Positions 62,249 to 64,000 of a stretch of DNA of 64,000 nucleotides are shown here, piece by piece (within the stretch, counting starts at the first letter, position 1; the number at the start of each line of letters is the position of its first letter). Location: contig NC_090399.1 of NCBI RefSeq assembly GCF_036365525.1, positions 31,156,430 to 31,220,429 of the forward strand, read 5' to 3'. Below the pieces are notes generated by a model. The model was not told the origin of the DNA, did no database searches, and saw only the letters and a list, made by a program, of their open reading frames with translations. This DNA is from Heterodontus francisci (taxonomy: Eukaryota). A program made the translations under genes and the position numbers.

Positions 62249-64000
62249 GTATCGATGCATATCCTGTCCAGTTTCCTTTGCCACTGTTTTTCCTCAGGCG
62301 TTTCAGTCAACATTTAGCACTGAAACTTTAAAATGACATCCTAGAGTTAAGCAGTTGCCTGTACCATGGAGTTGCCAACACTAGCTACTAAGTGAATTCG
62401 ATTTCTATCATGTATAGACAAATATATTCATTTACTGACTGTGACAATGACACAGTCAACTCATTAACCTGCTTTCAGATTCTTAGAGGCATTATAAAAT
62501 GACAATAATATGGTTAGCATTTCATATGAATAATTCTGGATTGATTTACTATCAAAATTATTGCTATTAATAATATTTTATATTTAAGCATTGTCAGATG
62601 TTACAAGTGCATTACTTGAAGCAGTAGTGAATGATAGAAAATAAAAGGATCCTGGGCTGATTCTTTTAGCTGAGCTCTGATAAGCTAGCTGAATGGGCGC
62701 TATAAATGACTTTAGCACCCTTTGACTAGATTGGTAAAAAATAAGCAATAGTAGCTTTCATTGCTACTGAATGCCTTTTGGAAAGTGCAACAACAAAGGT
62801 ATTCGCTCTGATGTTCATTTATAGCTCGAGAAGCCGACGACGCTCCCTATCGAGGCTCACAGCTGAAGATTTAACACCGGTGCGCGCTTCAGATGAACAA
62901 CTGGCAACTCTAGAACCATAACTCAACATCAAGGAGATGAAGAAAAATATTCAACAATATCGATTGTTCGGAATTTTGATTGGAACCACGATTGTAACCA
63001 AATTAAGCTGCAGTGCTTAACACCAGGATGAAATTTCAAATAGTTTGAAATTGAAAAGAAATGTAAGGGCATATTCTTACAGATTTGTTACAAGTGTGGG
63101 AAGAGTTTACTCGGACTGAATTCTAATCTGCTAGTGTAAGAATGATATCTATTTTCTTGATATCATAGAAATATTATCTTCTAACTTTTTTGTTAAGCAG
63201 AGAAAGAAAAAAAAACATTTTAAAAGTAGTGATCATTCAGCGTTAGAACTGAGATTGACCCTAAGACATTGGCTGCATTTAATACAAAGTAACCAACTTC
63301 ATAATGAGGAATCTTAATTATACACTGGCTTGTAAGTTTCGAGAAGCTGTATTGAATGACATGGATGCAAGGACATTAGTTATTCCTGAAGCAGAAAAAC
63401 ATCTGAGTAAATAGCATATATACAATTCGGGTTTGTATAGCATGAGAAGGAAATTTTAAAAAAAGGTTAGATATTTCCTTTGAGGAAATGGCAATTATAT
63501 TTAACAAGAACAAAATTAGCGATAAGATACTTAACGAGGAGAGGTGTGCCAACATAAATACAGCTTGTTGGTAAGGAAAACAGTTCATTAATTTAAGTTG
63601 TTGATAAGGTCGATTATAGTAGCTTGACATGGAGTTGTATTTTTGGGAGAGTCATAGTGGTAGGTGTGAGGGAATTATATAAAAGTGATAGTTTGTAATG
63701 AGCATTGGGATTTGAGAGGTTTTGAGCAGCCTAAAGAACGAAGCTCGAAACAGTATTGCACTTACATCATTAAGTGCAATTGTAAATACTATCTTCTCAG
63801 TGGATGTTTTAGTACTTTTGCATGGATTGCATGCTTATTACGTCTACACGTTTTAATTCAACGTCTCAAGAACAGATTTTATTTTTGGGTATATACTAAA
63901 AGATCTAATGATAAATATCATCAACATTCATCGAACAAGTATCACTTGTTTAAGAAGATAAGCACACGCCTGCTCATTTTGAGGTGTCATGTACCTGATT

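Noticed and set aside
63081-63843. Exon-like segments 63081-63127 and 63766-63843 with gtaag donors
   Set aside because: Stops in the frames that would connect to the ITIM exons, and weak acceptors.

Overview
This is vertebrate genomic DNA, most likely from a cartilaginous fish, inferred from HE1-type V-SINEs, abundant CR1, RTE and Penelope elements and an NKp30-type Ig domain. Most of the window is transposon-derived: CR1, RTE, L2 and a second CR1/jockey-group LINE, Penelope-like elements (PLEs) with minimal hammerhead ribozymes, LTR elements, V-SINEs and a 6.3-kb CA-rich satellite. The minus strand carries a spliced NCR3/NKp30-like receptor gene that the ORF track shows only in part. Its exons are a leader (27201-27243), a VJ-type Ig exon (25895-26233) and a transmembrane exon (25235-25348) with a central Glu instead of the NKp30 Arg. 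After a 14-kb TE-filled intron comes a chain of putative micro-exons. A triplicated ~1.6-kb unit carries a 19-nt plus 38-nt exon pair per copy, adding a 19-aa Thr/Pro/Gln-rich repeat three times. At 59.8-61.3 kb are two duplicated terminal exons encoding ITIM motifs (VQYCTL and VQYSAL), suggesting a neighbouring inhibitory receptor and a possible paired-receptor cluster. All exon models were derived by eye from splice consensus and phase and are not confirmed by expression data.
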